Below are positions 52,686 to 63,407 of a stretch of DNA of 64,000 nucleotides, piece after piece. Made by a program: the position numbers and the translations under genes. Location of the stretch: assembly GCA_902571975.1 (NCBI GenBank), contig CACGED010000004.1:394-64393 (forward strand), in the 5' to 3' direction. The first letter of the stretch is position 1; every line of letters starts with the position of its first letter. The DNA is from an uncultured Pelagibacteraceae bacterium. Its GTDB lineage: Bacteria > Pseudomonadota > Alphaproteobacteria > Pelagibacterales > Pelagibacteraceae. The notes under the pieces were generated by a model that saw only the letters and a program-made list of their open reading frames with translations, did no database searches and was not told the DNA's origin.

Positions 52686-54880
52686 TGAGTAGAGTTAATG
52701 AGCAAATAGCAATAGATCATGGATTGAAGAAAGATGAATATAAAAAAATCTGTGATCTTTTAAAGAGAACGCCAAATATTACTGAATTAGGAGTTTTTTC
52801 AGCAATGTGGAATGAACACTGCTCTTACAAATCATCCAGAAAACATTTAAAAAAATTACACACGAAGGGTGACCAGGTTATTCAGGGTCCTGGGGAAAAT
52901 GCTGGAGTTGTTGACATTGAAGATGATGATGCAATTGTATTTAAGATAGAAAGCCATAACCATCCTTCATTTATTGAACCCTATCAAGGTGCAGCAACAG
53001 GAGTTGGCGGAATTATGAGAGACGTATTTACTATGGGTGCAAGACCTATTGCAAATTTAAATTCAATTCACTTTGGATCAATTGATCACGAAAAAACTAG
53101 AAACCTGTTAAGAGGAGTTGTTAAGGGAATTGGTGGTTATGGCAACTGCATTGGTGTTCCAACAATTGCTGGTCAAACTTGTTTTGACGATTCTTATAAT
53201 GGAAATATTTTAGTCAACGCAATGACATTAGGCTTAGTAAACAAAAATAAAATATTTTATTCTAAAGCTGCTGGAATTAACAAACCTGTTATATATGTGG
53301 GATCAAAAACAGGTAGAGATGGAATTCATGGTGCAAGTATGGCATCAGCTATTTTTGATGATAAAATAGAGGAAAAGAAACCGACAGTTCAGGTTGGCGA
53401 TCCATTTACTGAAAAACTATTATTAGAGGCTTGTTTAGAATTAATGGCAGGTAAATCAATTATATCTATTCAGGATATGGGAGCTGCTGGACTAACTTCA
53501 TCAAGTATTGAAATGGCATCAAAAGGTGATTTGGGTATTGAAATAGATTTAACAAAAGTACCTTGTAGAGAAGAAAATATGACACCTTATGAAATAATGC
53601 TTTCAGAAAGCCAAGAGCGAATGTTGATTGTGTTAGAGGCAGGAAAAGAAGATGAAGCAAAAAAAATATTTGATAAGTGGAACTTAGATTTTGCGGTTAT
53701 TGGAAAGACTACCAATAGTAAAAATATAGAATTATTTTTTGAAAATAAAAAAGTTGCTGAAATCCCGATAGATTTTTTAGCTGAAAATGCTCCTATGTAC
53801 GATCGTAAATGGACAAAAGCTAAGTTACCTAAAGAAAATAAATTTTCAAAAAATGATTTTAAGTCTTTAAAACTAAGTGAATGTTTAAATAAACTTCTAA
53901 CTGATCCAAACATTGCAGATAAAGAATGGATATGGGACCAATATGATCATACGGTTATGGGTGACACAATTCAAAAGCCCGGTGGGAATGCTGGAGTTGT
54001 AAGAGTTCATGGAACAAACAAAGCTGTAGCTGCGGCAGTGGACTCATCTGCAACTTATTGTCATGCTCACCCATTAACAGGAGGAAAGCAAGTGGTTTGT
54101 GAAAGTTGGAGAAATATGATTTCTGTTGGAGCTAAACCAATAGCAATAACCAATTGCCTTAATTTTGGTAACCCAGAAAAAGAGAAAAATATGGGAGAAT
54201 TTGTTGAATGTGTTGAAGGAATTACGGAAGCCTCTAAATATTTGAATTATCCTGTAGTTTCAGGAAATGTCTCTTTCTATAATGAGACAAAAGATAAAGG
54301 AATTAAACCAACCCCATCTATTGGAGGCATTGGTCTATTATCTGATTATAAAAAGATGGTTACAATGGAATTAAAAAATGATGGAAACTATCTACTAGTA
54401 ATTGGTAAGACAGAAGGTCATTTAGATCAATCTATATTTGCAAAAAATATTTTGTCTAATCACGATGGACCACCTCCAGAAATTAATTTATTCAATGAAA
54501 AACAAAATGGATTGAGTATTTTAAATTTAAAAAATAAGAATTTAATAGATACTTGTCATGATGTATCCTTAGGAGGAATTTTAACAGCTGTTTCAAAAAT
54601 GAGTATAAAAGGAAATAAAGGAGTAAAATTATTTCCAATTGAGGGTTTAGTAAATAAATTTGAATATTTTTTTGGAGAGGACCAAGGAAGATATATAATA
54701 GAAATAAAGCCTGAGAATTTAGAAAATGTTGAAAAAATACTTAAAGAAGATTCAATCCATTTTGATAAATTAGGTATAATAGAAAGTAATCAGATTACTT
54801 ATGGAAATGAACTGAAAATATCAATTGACGATATTAAAGAAGGCTATAAAAAATGGCTAAAGGAATATATGGTTAACTAA
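52685..54880 (+). CDS. purL: FGAM synthase subunit PurL
   Basis: [31 protein letters not shown]. Confidence 0.98.
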   Translation: MSRVNEQIAIDHGLKKDEYKKICDLLKRTPNITELGVFSAMWNEHCSYKSSRKHLKKLHTKGDQVIQGPGENAGVVDIEDDDAIVFKIESHNHPSFIEPYQGAATGVGGIMRDVFTMGARPIANLNSIHFGSIDHEKTRNLLRGVVKGIGGYGNCIGVPTIAGQTCFDDSYNGNILVNAMTLGLVNKNKIFYSKAAGINKPVIYVGSKTGRDGIHGASMASAIFDDKIEEKKPTVQVGDPFTEKLLLEACLELMAGKSIISIQDMGAAGLTSSSIEMASKGDLGIEIDLTKVPCREENMTPYEIMLSESQERMLIVLEAGKEDEAKKIFDKWNLDFAVIGKTTNSKNIELFFENKKVAEIPIDFLAENAPMYDRKWTKAKLPKENKFSKNDFKSLKLSECLNKLLTDPNIADKEWIWDQYDHTVMGDTIQKPGGNAGVVRVHGTNKAVAAAVDSSATYCHAHPLTGGKQVVCESWRNMISVGAKPIAITNCLNFGNPEKEKNMGEFVECVEGITEASKYLNYPVVSGNVSFYNETKDKGIKPTPSIGGIGLLSDYKKMVTMELKNDGNYLLVIGKTEGHLDQSIFAKNILSNHDGPPPEINLFNEKQNGLSILNLKNKNLIDTCHDVSLGGILTAVSKMSIKGNKGVKLFPIEGLVNKFEYFFGEDQGRYIIEIKPENLENVEKILKEDSIHFDKLGIIESNQITYGNELKISIDDIKEGYKKWLKEYMVN

Positions 54881-55110
54881 TGGCAATGGATTTGAAAGAA
54901 ATAGAAAGCTTAATAAAAGAAGCACTTCCTGATGCGAAAATAGAAATTCAAGATCTTGCAGGTGATGGTAATCATTATTCAGCGACTGTAATTTCGTCGC
55001 AATTCGCAGGAAAAAGTAAAATTCAGCAGCACAAAATGGTATACAGTTCTCTTAAAGGCAAGATGGGAAATGAATTACATGCATTAGCCGTAAAAACAAA
55101 GGAGAAGTAA
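54880..55110 (+). CDS. bolA: BolA/IbaG family protein
   Basis: GDGNHY, F.GKS..QQHKMVY, LHAL. Confidence 0.92.
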   Translation: MAMDLKEIESLIKEALPDAKIEIQDLAGDGNHYSATVISSQFAGKSKIQQHKMVYSSLKGKMGNELHALAVKTKEK

Positions 55111-55449
55111 ATGGATAGTCAAACAAATGAATTAATTAATAATGAAATTAAAAGTAATGAGGTATGTTTGTTTATGAAAGGAACGCCTGATGCTCCTCAG
55201 TGTGGGTTTTCTATGGCTGTAACCAACATTTTAAAAATGCTTGAAGTTAATTTCAAGGGCGTAAATGTTTTAGCTGACCAAAACCTTAGAGAAGGAATTA
55301 AAGTTTTTAGTGATTGGCCGACTATTCCTCAATTATATGTTAAAAATGAATTCATTGGTGGTTGTGATATAGTTAAGGAAATGTACGAAAGTGGTGAACT
55401 AGCTAAACTTTTTGAAGATAACGGAATTGAATTTAAAAAGAAAAACTAA
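55111..55449 (+). CDS. grxD: Monothiol glutaredoxin Grx4
   Basis: FMKGTP..PQCGFS, WPTIPQLY, GGCDI. Confidence 0.96.
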   Translation: MDSQTNELINNEIKSNEVCLFMKGTPDAPQCGFSMAVTNILKMLEVNFKGVNVLADQNLREGIKVFSDWPTIPQLYVKNEFIGGCDIVKEMYESGELAKLFEDNGIEFKKKN

Positions 55450-55451
55450 TC

Positions 55452-56063
55452 TTATTTAATTAACAACCTAATTTTTTTTGAAAAATACTTTTTTAGCAAG
55501 TTTAAAGTAGATATTTTAACTGGAGTTTTAAAATTATCTTCATCCAAATTAAATTTAATACTATCTTCCCAACTCAACTCGATTACTAAACTTTCACGAA
55601 AATATTCATTTAATTTTTTAATAGTTCCTACAGTTAAAACAGGTTCTAAGAATTGTTGTTTTTTTGAAATATTAATTTGATTATTAACATCATCAAATAC
55701 TAAATGCCAAATATGAGCTTTTTTATTTTCAAAAACCAAATTATCCTCAAGTCTTGTAGGTACTTCAATATATCCTTTTTTTCCTACTCTAGATAATTCA
55801 CTTAAAAAATAGGAAATATCCTCAACATGCTCGACTACATGGGAGGCAATTACAAAGTCAAACTCTTTATCTTTAAAAGGTAATTTTTTTTCAGTAATCT
55901 TTACAAATGATTTATCTTTGTAATGATTTGATAAATCTAGTATATCACTAACTGTTGTTGCATATTTATTTGCACCATATCCACAACCAATATCTAAAAT
56001 TTTCCATTCTGGATTTTCTGAAAGAGTTTTTTCTATGTAGGTTTTTGATGTTCTTTTAATCAG
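55452..56063 (-). CDS. Class I SAM-dependent methyltransferase (Methyltransf_11-like), non-canonical CTG or ATT start
   Basis: The frame is open well upstream of the track's ORF: (L)IKRTSKTYIE...ILDIGCGYGA...LPFKDKEFDFVIASHVVEHVED...GYIEVP. The only plausible start is CTG at 56063, 5 bp after the rpsD stop. Confidence 0.8.
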   Translation of the reverse strand: MIKRTSKTYIEKTLSENPEWKILDIGCGYGANKYATTVSDILDLSNHYKDKSFVKITEKKLPFKDKEFDFVIASHVVEHVEDISYFLSELSRVGKKGYIEVPTRLEDNLVFENKKAHIWHLVFDDVNNQINISKKQQFLEPVLTVGTIKKLNEYFRESLVIELSWEDSIKFNLDEDNFKTPVKISTLNLLKKYFSKKIRLLIK

Positions 56064-56068
56064 AAAAC

Positions 56069-56686
56069 TTATCTTGAATAATATTCAATTACTAAATTTG
56101 GTTCCATTACAACTGGATATGGAACTTCTTCAAATTTTGGAATTCTTACAAATTTCACTTTTTTATTTTTTTCATCTAATTGTAAATATTCAGGGACTTC
56201 TCTTTCTTTATTAGCAAGTGCAATATCTATCAAAGCTAATTGTTTAGATTTATCTCTAATTTCAATATTATCCTCTTCCTTAACTTGGTAACTCGATATA
56301 TTAACTTTTTTTCCATTTACTCTAACATGGCCATGATTAATCAATTGTCTTGATGAAAAAATAGTATTTGATAATTTTGATCTGTAGATTACTGCATCTA
56401 ATCTTCTCTCTAAAAGTCCAATTAAATTTTCTGCAGTATCACCTTTTTTCATGATGGCCCTTTTGTACATGTTTCGAAACTGTCTTTCATTCATGTTACC
56501 GTAGTAACACTTTAATTTTTGTTTAGCTTGAAGCTGAATTCCATAATCAGAAGGTTTTGATGATTTTGTTTGGCCGTGTTGACCAGGTGGATATGCTCTA
56601 GTGTTAAAAGGACTTTTGGGTCTTCCCCATAAATTTACTTTAAGCCTTCTATCAACTTTGTGTTTTGAGTTTAATCGTTTTGTCAT
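56069..56686 (-). CDS. rpsD: 30S ribosomal protein S4
   Basis: PPGQHG, SDYGIQL..KQK, LERRLD, RQLINHGH. Confidence 0.98.
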   Translation of the reverse strand: MTKRLNSKHKVDRRLKVNLWGRPKSPFNTRAYPPGQHGQTKSSKPSDYGIQLQAKQKLKCYYGNMNERQFRNMYKRAIMKKGDTAENLIGLLERRLDAVIYRSKLSNTIFSSRQLINHGHVRVNGKKVNISSYQVKEEDNIEIRDKSKQLALIDIALANKEREVPEYLQLDEKNKKVKFVRIPKFEEVPYPVVMEPNLVIEYYSR

Positions 56687-56729
56687 ATTGTAGATATTGG
56701 GTTTATAGACATCAAAATTTTTTTGTCAA

Positions 56730-57443
56730 TCAAGGTTTTTTGCTTAGACCAGCAAATACACTTGATAAAATGCGTGTTTCTTTTTGAGAAAGTTCCATTT
56801 TATAAAAAATACTTCTTAAATTTTCAAGCATTATAGGTTTTTTTGCTATTTGTTTAAAAAAATTTTTATTTTCAAGGTTTGTTATACAAAAATTTAACAT
56901 TGTTGATATTTCCTTTTTAGTTGCATTTTGTATTTTTTTTGATTTTTGAAAATCAAATTTTTCTTTTGAAATTAAGTTTGAAACAGTTTGAGCTACGATT
57001 ACTAAACTGTGTGAAAGATTTAATGATCTAAATTTAGAATTACTTGGGATCTGCAAAGTATAGTCAGCATAACTCACTTCATTATTTGTTAACCCTGAAG
57101 CCTCAGAACCAAACAAAAAACTTACCTTTTTTGAAAAATCAATTTTTTTTAATTCTTGTAACGAAATATGTTTGATATTTTTATTTCTAAATCTTGCTGA
57201 TGTTGCAATAAGAATGTCAGTTTTGTTTAAAGATTTTTCTAAATTAGGATAAATATTTGCTTTTTCAATTATATCTTTGGCTCCAACTGAAGTTGCTTTG
57301 ATTTTGTCATTTGGAAATACTGGCTTTGGTTCTATCAATGATAAATTTTTAAAGCCAAAGTTCTTTATTCCTCTTGCACATAATCCTATATTTTCAGATA
57401 GCTGAGGTTTGTGTAAAATAAATGATATATTATTAAAATTCAT
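56730..57443 (-). CDS. TrmJ/LasT-family SPOUT RNA methyltransferase
   Basis: PQLSENIG..AR..KNFG, FGSEASGLTNNE, SLNLSH. Confidence 0.88.
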   Translation of the reverse strand: MNFNNISFILHKPQLSENIGLCARGIKNFGFKNLSLIEPKPVFPNDKIKATSVGAKDIIEKANIYPNLEKSLNKTDILIATSARFRNKNIKHISLQELKKIDFSKKVSFLFGSEASGLTNNEVSYADYTLQIPSNSKFRSLNLSHSLVIVAQTVSNLISKEKFDFQKSKKIQNATKKEISTMLNFCITNLENKNFFKQIAKKPIMLENLRSIFYKMELSQKETRILSSVFAGLSKKP

Positions 57444-59041
57444 TAAGCACTTGCTGGTGCATTATCTTTGAATAATTTATAATCAAGACTATCTATTAAT
57501 GCTTTAAAAGATGCATCTATAATATTTGGAGAAACTCCAATTGTAAACCAGTTTTTTCCTTTAGAGTCTGTACTTTCAATAGAAACTCTAGTTACAGCCT
57601 CTGTTCCTGTATTTAATATTCTTACTTTATAGTCAACTAATCTTAGATCTTTAAGATAATCAGAGTATTTTGATATTTTTTTAATATTATTTCTAATTGC
57701 ATTATCCAGTGCATTTACTGGTCCATTCCCCTCACCTTCACAGATAATTGTTTCTCCATCTACTTCTAACTCGGCTTTGGCAGATGAAATAATTTCTCCT
57801 GAAGAATTTTTTTTAACCGATACATCGTATGCCTTAATAATTAAGTATCTAGGTATTTCGCCAACTATTCTTCTTGCTAATAATTCAAATGATGCGTCTG
57901 CACCATCATAGCTATAACCAATAAATTCTCTTCCTTTTACTTCATCTAGAAGTTCTTTAATTTTAGGGTCATTTTTTTTGATATCTACTCCAATGGTTCC
58001 TAATCTAGATAATATATTTGATTGTCCAGCTTGATCTGAGACAACTATATTTCTTACATTGCCAACTTCTTTTGGATCAATGTGTTCATAAGTTTTTGGG
58101 TCTTTTTGGACTGCTGAAACATGCATTCCACCTTTGTGCGAAAAAGCTGCAGCACCTACATAAGGCAAATGTTTGTTAGGCTTTCTATTTAAAATTTCAT
58201 CTAATAATCTAGAGCATTGTGTTAGATGCTTAATATTCTTGTCATTTATATTTATTTCATAATTGTTAGAAAACTCAGGTTTTAAATATAATGATGGTAT
58301 GAGAGACATTAAGTTGGCATTACCACATCTTTCACCTAAACCATTAATCGTTCCCTGCACCTGTCTTACACCTGCTTGGATTGCAACTAAAGAATTTGCA
58401 ACTGCATTTTCTGTATCATTGTGTGCATGAATTCCTAAATTTTTACCTGGTATATGTTTTGATACATCTGAAACTATTTTCGATATTTCGTGGGGCAAGG
58501 TGCCGCCATTGGTGTCGCATAGTATAATCCACCTAGCACCTTGATCATATGCAGACTTAATGCAACTTAAAGCGTATTCTTTATTTGATTTATAACCATC
58601 AAAAAAGTGCTCAGCGTCAAACATGAATTCTTTTCCAGAATTGATTATATGTTTTGCACTTTCGCTAATATTTTTTAAATTTTGATCTTTGGATATGCCT
58701 AAAGCAACATCCACATGAAAATCCCAAGACTTTCCAAATAAACAAATTGAATTTGCCTTAGAATTTATTAAAGATGAAATCATTGGATCATTCTCAGCGC
58801 TATGATCAGATTTTTTTGTCATACCAAAAGCTGTCAATATTGAATGATTAAAAGGATGTTGTTTGTTAAAAAACTCTGTATCTGTGGGATTAGCTCCGGG
58901 CCATCCGCCCTCTATGTAATCGACACCAAGGTTATCTAATGCTACAGAGATTTTTTCTTTGTCATCTAAAGAAAAATCTACTCCTTGTGTTTGTGCACCA
59001 TCACGTAAAGTTGTATCAAATATGTATATTTTATCTGACAT
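57443..59041 (-). CDS. cimA: Citramalate synthase (LeuA family)
   Basis: DTTLRDGAQ, IEGGWPGANP, DAEHFFDG, LCDTNGG, HAHND, GERCGNAN. Confidence 0.9.
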   Translation of the reverse strand: MSDKIYIFDTTLRDGAQTQGVDFSLDDKEKISVALDNLGVDYIEGGWPGANPTDTEFFNKQHPFNHSILTAFGMTKKSDHSAENDPMISSLINSKANSICLFGKSWDFHVDVALGISKDQNLKNISESAKHIINSGKEFMFDAEHFFDGYKSNKEYALSCIKSAYDQGARWIILCDTNGGTLPHEISKIVSDVSKHIPGKNLGIHAHNDTENAVANSLVAIQAGVRQVQGTINGLGERCGNANLMSLIPSLYLKPEFSNNYEININDKNIKHLTQCSRLLDEILNRKPNKHLPYVGAAAFSHKGGMHVSAVQKDPKTYEHIDPKEVGNVRNIVVSDQAGQSNILSRLGTIGVDIKKNDPKIKELLDEVKGREFIGYSYDGADASFELLARRIVGEIPRYLIIKAYDVSVKKNSSGEIISSAKAELEVDGETIICEGEGNGPVNALDNAIRNNIKKISKYSDYLKDLRLVDYKVRILNTGTEAVTRVSIESTDSKGKNWFTIGVSPNIIDASFKALIDSLDYKLFKDNAPASA

Positions 59042-60402
59042 TATTTAAATTTCCACGAGGTTTTACCATCTTTATCCTCTATTTGAACTCCTTTTTCTAA
59101 AAGCTCATTACGAATTTTATCAGCTAATTCATAATTTTTATCATCTCTTGCCTGATTTCGTTCTTTAATTTTTATTTCAATCATCTCATCGGTTAAATCA
59201 GATTTATTTTTTTTAAATTTATCCCATTCATCTTTAGTCTCTGTTAACAATCCTACAAAATTACATGCAGATACAAATTGTTGTTTATCTTCCATATTAC
59301 CTGATTGAGATTTTTCAAATAGCTTATGAAGGTTGGCTATATATTTTGGTGTGTTTAAATCGTCATACAAAGGATAAAGATCATCATCAGAGATAAGTTC
59401 GGGCTTATCTAGTTCTACATAGCTTTTATACCATTTATCGATTGTTTTTTGACTTTCTTCTAAAAGTTTATCATTCCAATCTAAAGGCTGTCTATACTGT
59501 GCACTAATTAAAGCTAGTCTTAGAGCTTGACCATTCACATTATTTTTAAAATCGCTTATCTTTAGAATATTACCCTGTGATTTTGCCATTTTTTCATTTG
59601 ATAAGGTTATAAATCCATTGTGTACCCAATAATTTGAAAAAGCTTCAGTATCATTAGCACAACATGATTGAGCAATTTCATTTTCATGATGTGGAAATAT
59701 TAAATCTCTGCCTCCCCCGTGAATATCAAACTTATCACCAAGATATTTTTTGGACATTACTGAACATTCTAAATGCCAACCTGGTCTTCCTTTCCCCCAT
59801 GGTGATGACCAGCTAGGCTCGTCTTCACTTGAGGGTTTCCATAATACAAAGTCTTCAGCGTTTTTCTTGTTACTTGATACTTCCACTCTGGATCCAGAAA
59901 TTAAATCTTCTATTTTTTTATTTGATAATTTTCCATAATCCTTAAATTTTTTAACCTCGAAATAAATATGCTTCTTGCTCTCATAAGCAAAACCTTTCTC
60001 CACTAAACTTCTGATCATATCGATCATTTCATTTATATTTTCTGTTGCTTTAGGCTGAAAGTTAGGTTCCTCACAATTAAGATAATTACAATCTTCTTGG
60101 AAATTTATATTTATCCTATTAGTTAATTCAGAGATTGTAATTTTTTTATCTTTTGCAGATTGAATTATTTTGTCATCAATATCTGTAATGTTTCTAACAT
60201 ACGTAACATTATTTTTACCGTATTTGCATTTTAAAACTTTAAAAAGAATATCAAATACAACTAATGGCCTTGCATTTCCTATGTGTGGATCATCATAAAC
60301 TGTAGGACCACAAACATACATTTTTATATTATCTTCATCTATTGGCTGAAACTTTTCTTTTTTTCCTCCATAGCTATTTGTTAAAAAAATATCTTTGTTC
60401 AT
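59041..60402 (-). CDS. cysS: Cysteine--tRNA ligase
   Basis: YVCGPTVY..HIGN, GRPGWHLEC, FPHHENE, KMAKS. Confidence 0.98.
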   Translation of the reverse strand: MNKDIFLTNSYGGKKEKFQPIDEDNIKMYVCGPTVYDDPHIGNARPLVVFDILFKVLKCKYGKNNVTYVRNITDIDDKIIQSAKDKKITISELTNRININFQEDCNYLNCEEPNFQPKATENINEMIDMIRSLVEKGFAYESKKHIYFEVKKFKDYGKLSNKKIEDLISGSRVEVSSNKKNAEDFVLWKPSSEDEPSWSSPWGKGRPGWHLECSVMSKKYLGDKFDIHGGGRDLIFPHHENEIAQSCCANDTEAFSNYWVHNGFITLSNEKMAKSQGNILKISDFKNNVNGQALRLALISAQYRQPLDWNDKLLEESQKTIDKWYKSYVELDKPELISDDDLYPLYDDLNTPKYIANLHKLFEKSQSGNMEDKQQFVSACNFVGLLTETKDEWDKFKKNKSDLTDEMIEIKIKERNQARDDKNYELADKIRNELLEKGVQIEDKDGKTSWKFK

Positions 60403-60447
60403 TACTCAAGGAATATACTTTAATTATAGATTTGTGAATCTATTTGA

Positions 60448-61185
60448 TTAGCTAGGAATCTTGCAAACTGGAATTGGATCCATTTTATGCAAATTTGCGT
60501 TTCTTATTTGGATATATTTTTCTCTATTTTTTGAATTTTCATTTTCCATAGCTTCTTCAAGTTCTTTATAACTTAAGCCAAGCTGACCTTCGTCAGTTCG
60601 ACCATCATCCCATAAACCATCTGTTGGAGACGCATCTATAATCTCTTGTAAAATTTTTAATTCTTTTCCTAATTCCCAAACCTCAGTTTTATTACAATCA
60701 GCTATTGGTGAAATATCAACACCACCATCTCCGTACTTAGTATAAAAGCCAACTCCAAAATCTTCAACTTTATTTCCAGTGCCAACTACTATTCCATTAT
60801 TAGCTGCTGCTACTTGATACAAAGTTGTCATTCTTAATCTAGCTCTTGAATTTGCCATACCGTGTAAATTATTAAAATCTTTTAAAGTACTTTCAAATGA
60901 AGAAAAAAGACTGTCTAATTCAATAGTAATTCCTTCAACATTTTTAAAATTTTGTTTTAACCATTCCTGATGCTTCAAACTTAAATCATGTTGTGCACTT
61001 TTTTGTTTTATAGGCATTGACAAAACGATGGTTTTAAGTCCTGTCATTGCACTTAAAGTGCTTGAAACAGAGGAATCAATTCCTCCTGAAATTCCTATTA
61101 CCAAAGACTGGGCTTTTTTTGGCATTAAATTAACGTAATTCAATATCCAGTCTTTAATAAATGTTACTTTTTTGCTCGCTTCCAT
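60448..61185 (-). CDS. nadE: NH3-dependent NAD+ synthetase
   Basis: GISGGIDS, N.RARLRM, GFYTKYGDG. Confidence 0.95.
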   Translation of the reverse strand: MEASKKVTFIKDWILNYVNLMPKKAQSLVIGISGGIDSSVSSTLSAMTGLKTIVLSMPIKQKSAQHDLSLKHQEWLKQNFKNVEGITIELDSLFSSFESTLKDFNNLHGMANSRARLRMTTLYQVAAANNGIVVGTGNKVEDFGVGFYTKYGDGGVDISPIADCNKTEVWELGKELKILQEIIDASPTDGLWDDGRTDEGQLGLSYKELEEAMENENSKNREKYIQIRNANLHKMDPIPVCKIPS

Positions 61186-61222
61186 AATGAAAATATAATA
61201 ATTAATTTAAAAAATTAAATGA

Positions 61223-62602
61223 TTAAGATGCCGCTCTAATACCGTTTTTGGCATACAAGGTATTCTTTTTTATCTCATCTGAAATTAAAAAAGCCAATTC
61301 TAGAGCTTGATTAGCGTTAAGTCTTGGATCACATTGAGTGTGATATCTGCTTGATAAATCTGTATCTGATATTTTTTGAGCTCCACCTGTGCACTCTGTC
61401 ACATTTTGACCAGTCATTTCAATATGAAGTCCTCCAGCATATGATCCTTCGCTTTGATGTACGCCAAATACATTTTTAACTTCATTTAGAACATTATTGA
61501 AAGGTCTTGTTTTAAATCCTGTAGTTGATTTAATTGTATTGCCATGCATCGGGTCGCATGACCAAATAACATTAAGTCCCTCTTTTTTGATTCCTCTTAT
61601 AAGTTTTGGTAAATATTTTTCTACTTGATCGTGACCAAATCTAGAAATTAATGTAATTTTACCTTTATCATTTTTAGGGTTTATCAGCTCACAAATTTTA
61701 GCTATCTCTTCAGGTTTAGAGGTTGGACCACATTTAATTCCAATAGGATTTTCAATTCCTCTACAAAACTCAACATGTCCTCCATCAATTTGTCTTGTTC
61801 TATCTCCTATCCACACAAAATGTGCTGAGGTATCATGATATTCTCCAGTTGTAGAGTCAACTCTAGTCATTGTTTCCTCAAAAGGTAAATGTAATGCTTC
61901 ATGCGATGTCCAGAAATTCACAGTGTATAGTCTTCTATTAAAATCGGATGTAATTCCGCATGCTTCCATAAAACCAAGAGCATCTGCAATTTTGTCTTCT
62001 AATTCCTTGAATTTTTTAGCTTGTGCTGCTGATTTGATGTAGCCTAAATTCCATAAATGCACTTTTTTTAAATCAGCAAAACCACCATTAGAAAACGCTC
62101 TTATTAAATTTAATGTAGATGCTGATTGAGAGTATGCTCTAAATAATCTTTTTGGATCTGGAACTCTTGCAGCTTCAGTAAATTCCATACCATTAATATT
62201 ATCTCCTAGATAACTTGGTAGTTCTACGTCTCCTTGTTTTTCAGTAGGAGCACTTCTTGGTTTTGAAAATTGACCAGCAATCCTTCCTAGTTTTACGACT
62301 GGCAAAGATGCTGAATAAGTTAATACTAATGACATCTGAAGCATTAGTTTAAAATAATCTCTAATGTTATCTGGATTAAATTCTGCAAAACTCTCGGCGC
62401 AATCTCCGCCTTGTAATAAGAAAGCTTTTCCATCAACCACATTTGCTAATTGATCTTTAAGATGTCTAGTTTCTCCTGCAAAAACTAATGGGGGAAAATT
62501 TTTTAATTTGTTTAAAACTAAGTTTAACTCATCCTCATCTTTATATTCAGGGATGTGCTTAACTGGATGGTTTCTCCAACTATTTGCTTTCCATTTTTTC
62601 AT
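61223..62602 (-). CDS. Class II DAHP synthase
   Basis: QGGDCAESF, GRIAGQFSKPRS, WIGDRTR, CDPMHGNT, CDPRLN. Confidence 0.95.
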   Translation of the reverse strand: MKKWKANSWRNHPVKHIPEYKDEDELNLVLNKLKNFPPLVFAGETRHLKDQLANVVDGKAFLLQGGDCAESFAEFNPDNIRDYFKLMLQMSLVLTYSASLPVVKLGRIAGQFSKPRSAPTEKQGDVELPSYLGDNINGMEFTEAARVPDPKRLFRAYSQSASTLNLIRAFSNGGFADLKKVHLWNLGYIKSAAQAKKFKELEDKIADALGFMEACGITSDFNRRLYTVNFWTSHEALHLPFEETMTRVDSTTGEYHDTSAHFVWIGDRTRQIDGGHVEFCRGIENPIGIKCGPTSKPEEIAKICELINPKNDKGKITLISRFGHDQVEKYLPKLIRGIKKEGLNVIWSCDPMHGNTIKSTTGFKTRPFNNVLNEVKNVFGVHQSEGSYAGGLHIEMTGQNVTECTGGAQKISDTDLSSRYHTQCDPRLNANQALELAFLISDEIKKNTLYAKNGIRAAS

Positions 62603-62683
62603 AATACAATCTCAAGGTGTATATATATCTGATTTAAATAAAAAAAAGTAAATTTTTGATTAATTTTAATTTATATTAAAAAT

Positions 62684-63406
62684 TTAAGTATATCTTGTTA
62701 TTTTGAAAGCAATTATTCCAAGGATTTCTCTTAAAAAAGTATTAAATTTTGAAAGATTGTTCACGATATCGAAAACCTGATAACTATTTAGCAAAGGTGT
62801 TTTTGATGTTGAAATAGTATTAACGGGGTAAGGTAAGACTTTTACTCCTTGTTTTTCAGCAATCAACATGGATCTTTTCATATGATAAGCAGATGTAATA
62901 AGAACAGTCTCTGAGTATTCTAAATTTAATTCTTTTATTTCTTTAAAATTTTCAATTGTATTCCGTGATTTACCAATAAAGTTTATGCGATCCATATCAA
63001 AATTAAGATCATTATAAAATTTTTTTGCTATAGTAGGGTCATCATTATCATTACTTTTAACTAAATATGCGTTTCCACCAACATAAAAAACTTTTGCTTC
63101 TGGGTATTGATAGGCTAAAGTAATTGAAGCTATTATTCTTTCATTTGCACCAGATAAAACTAATATGTTTTTTATATTTTTATATTCTTTTTTAATTATA
63201 AAGTCTTTTTCCAGATACTTTAAACCTAAGTAACCTATTGGAAAAAAAGCAATAATTATTATTAATAATATATTTAAGCTTAATATTTTTAATATAACTT
63301 TTCTTTTACTTCTAAGATAAGAGATAAATAAGATTATCAAAATTATAAATAAAAAATTTGTTGGGTTTAATATGGGCCCTAAAAATTTTGATAAATAATA
63401 GTACAA
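62684..63406 (-). CDS. YdcF/DUF218-family membrane protein
   Basis: N-terminal TM helices, VLSG, SRNTIEN, LITSAYHMKRS, E..G. Confidence 0.85.
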   Translation of the reverse strand: MYYYLSKFLGPILNPTNFLFIILIILFISYLRSKRKVILKILSLNILLIIIIAFFPIGYLGLKYLEKDFIIKKEYKNIKNILVLSGANERIIASITLAYQYPEAKVFYVGGNAYLVKSNDNDDPTIAKKFYNDLNFDMDRINFIGKSRNTIENFKEIKELNLEYSETVLITSAYHMKRSMLIAEKQGVKVLPYPVNTISTSKTPLLNSYQVFDIVNNLSKFNTFLREILGIIAFKITRYT

Positions 63407-63407
63407 G

